From positions 1 through 51,359 of the IMG/VR virus record IMGVR_UViG_3300037722_000191: 51,359 nucleotides of DNA; one strand, 5' to 3'. This document shows positions 51,193 through 51,359 of the stretch, piece after piece. The stretch is from a virus. Taxonomy: Duplodnaviria > Caudoviricetes. The notes under the pieces were generated by a model. It was not told the DNA's origin, searched no databases, and worked only from the letters and a program-made list of their open reading frames with translations. Each line of letters starts with the position of its first letter. Position 1 is the first letter of the stretch. Position numbers and translations under genes: made by a program.

Positions 51193-51222
51193 GGGACAGT
51201 GGTTTGGGACAATTTTTGACAC
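51180..51222. promoter_or_regulatory. Candidate integrase arm-type sites
   Basis: Direct repeats CGGGACTG, CGGGACAG, TGGGACAA, TTGACAC spaced about 12-13 nt; TGGGACG also at about 169-175 on the other side of the core. Confidence 0.55.
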
Positions 51223-51232
51223 GAGCCCCGTA

Positions 51233-51359
51233 AAACCAGCGGGAACGAGCGGTTTTCGGGCGCCGCAAAATGAGGCGGAATCCCAGTATGTGCGGGGCTT
51301 TGCGCACTATACGCGGTCATCGCGGAAGGCGCCAGTGTGCCGGGGACGGGACTCGAACC
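51233..51359. repeat. Terminal direct repeat, copy 2
   Basis: Identical to 1-127. Confidence 0.97.

Larger units (their letters stand above)
1..51359. mobile_element. Complete temperate lambdoid-type siphophage genome (circular assembly)
   Basis: Full module set in lambdoid order (integrase, Xis, cI/cro, replication, Q, terminase, portal, capsid, non-contractile tail, lysis); ends overlap by 127 nt; no host housekeeping genes. Confidence 0.95.

Noticed and set aside
51185-51199. LexA box near attP
   Set aside because: CTGT-N7-ACAG has the wrong spacing (N8 needed) and overlaps the arm-like repeats

Overview
The window is an apparently complete, circularly assembled temperate lambdoid-type siphophage of about 51.2 kb. 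It is GC-rich and probably has a betaproteobacterial host (inference). The 127-nt terminal overlap ends exactly at an attP core matching the 3' end of a tRNA, most likely tRNA-Leu. Gene order: leftward early operon (Xis, HNH, SSB, Sak4-like AAA ATPase, Gp157, Acb2), cI/cro/cII switch, MTase, O-like initiator with iterons, DnaB, nin-like region, Q, late leader, head, tail, lysis, integrase. The most unusual signal is a set of at least 6-7 complete or partial integron attC-like sites at 0.65-1.13 kb, 17.8-18.1 kb and 50.1-51.2 kb. They package ordinary phage genes as gene cassettes, always with the gene inverted relative to attC, and no IntI is encoded. A three-cassette array sits between attP and the integrase, bounded by two halves of one attC and a GTCGTC direct repeat. 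Other notable items: a textbook type I hammerhead ribozyme in a highly structured 600-nt late leader, three acr-aca-like promoter/small gene/DNA-binding gene modules, an Acb2-type anti-CBASS sponge, and two endonucleases that have captured the N-termini of their host genes. All calls were made by eye with no database searches.
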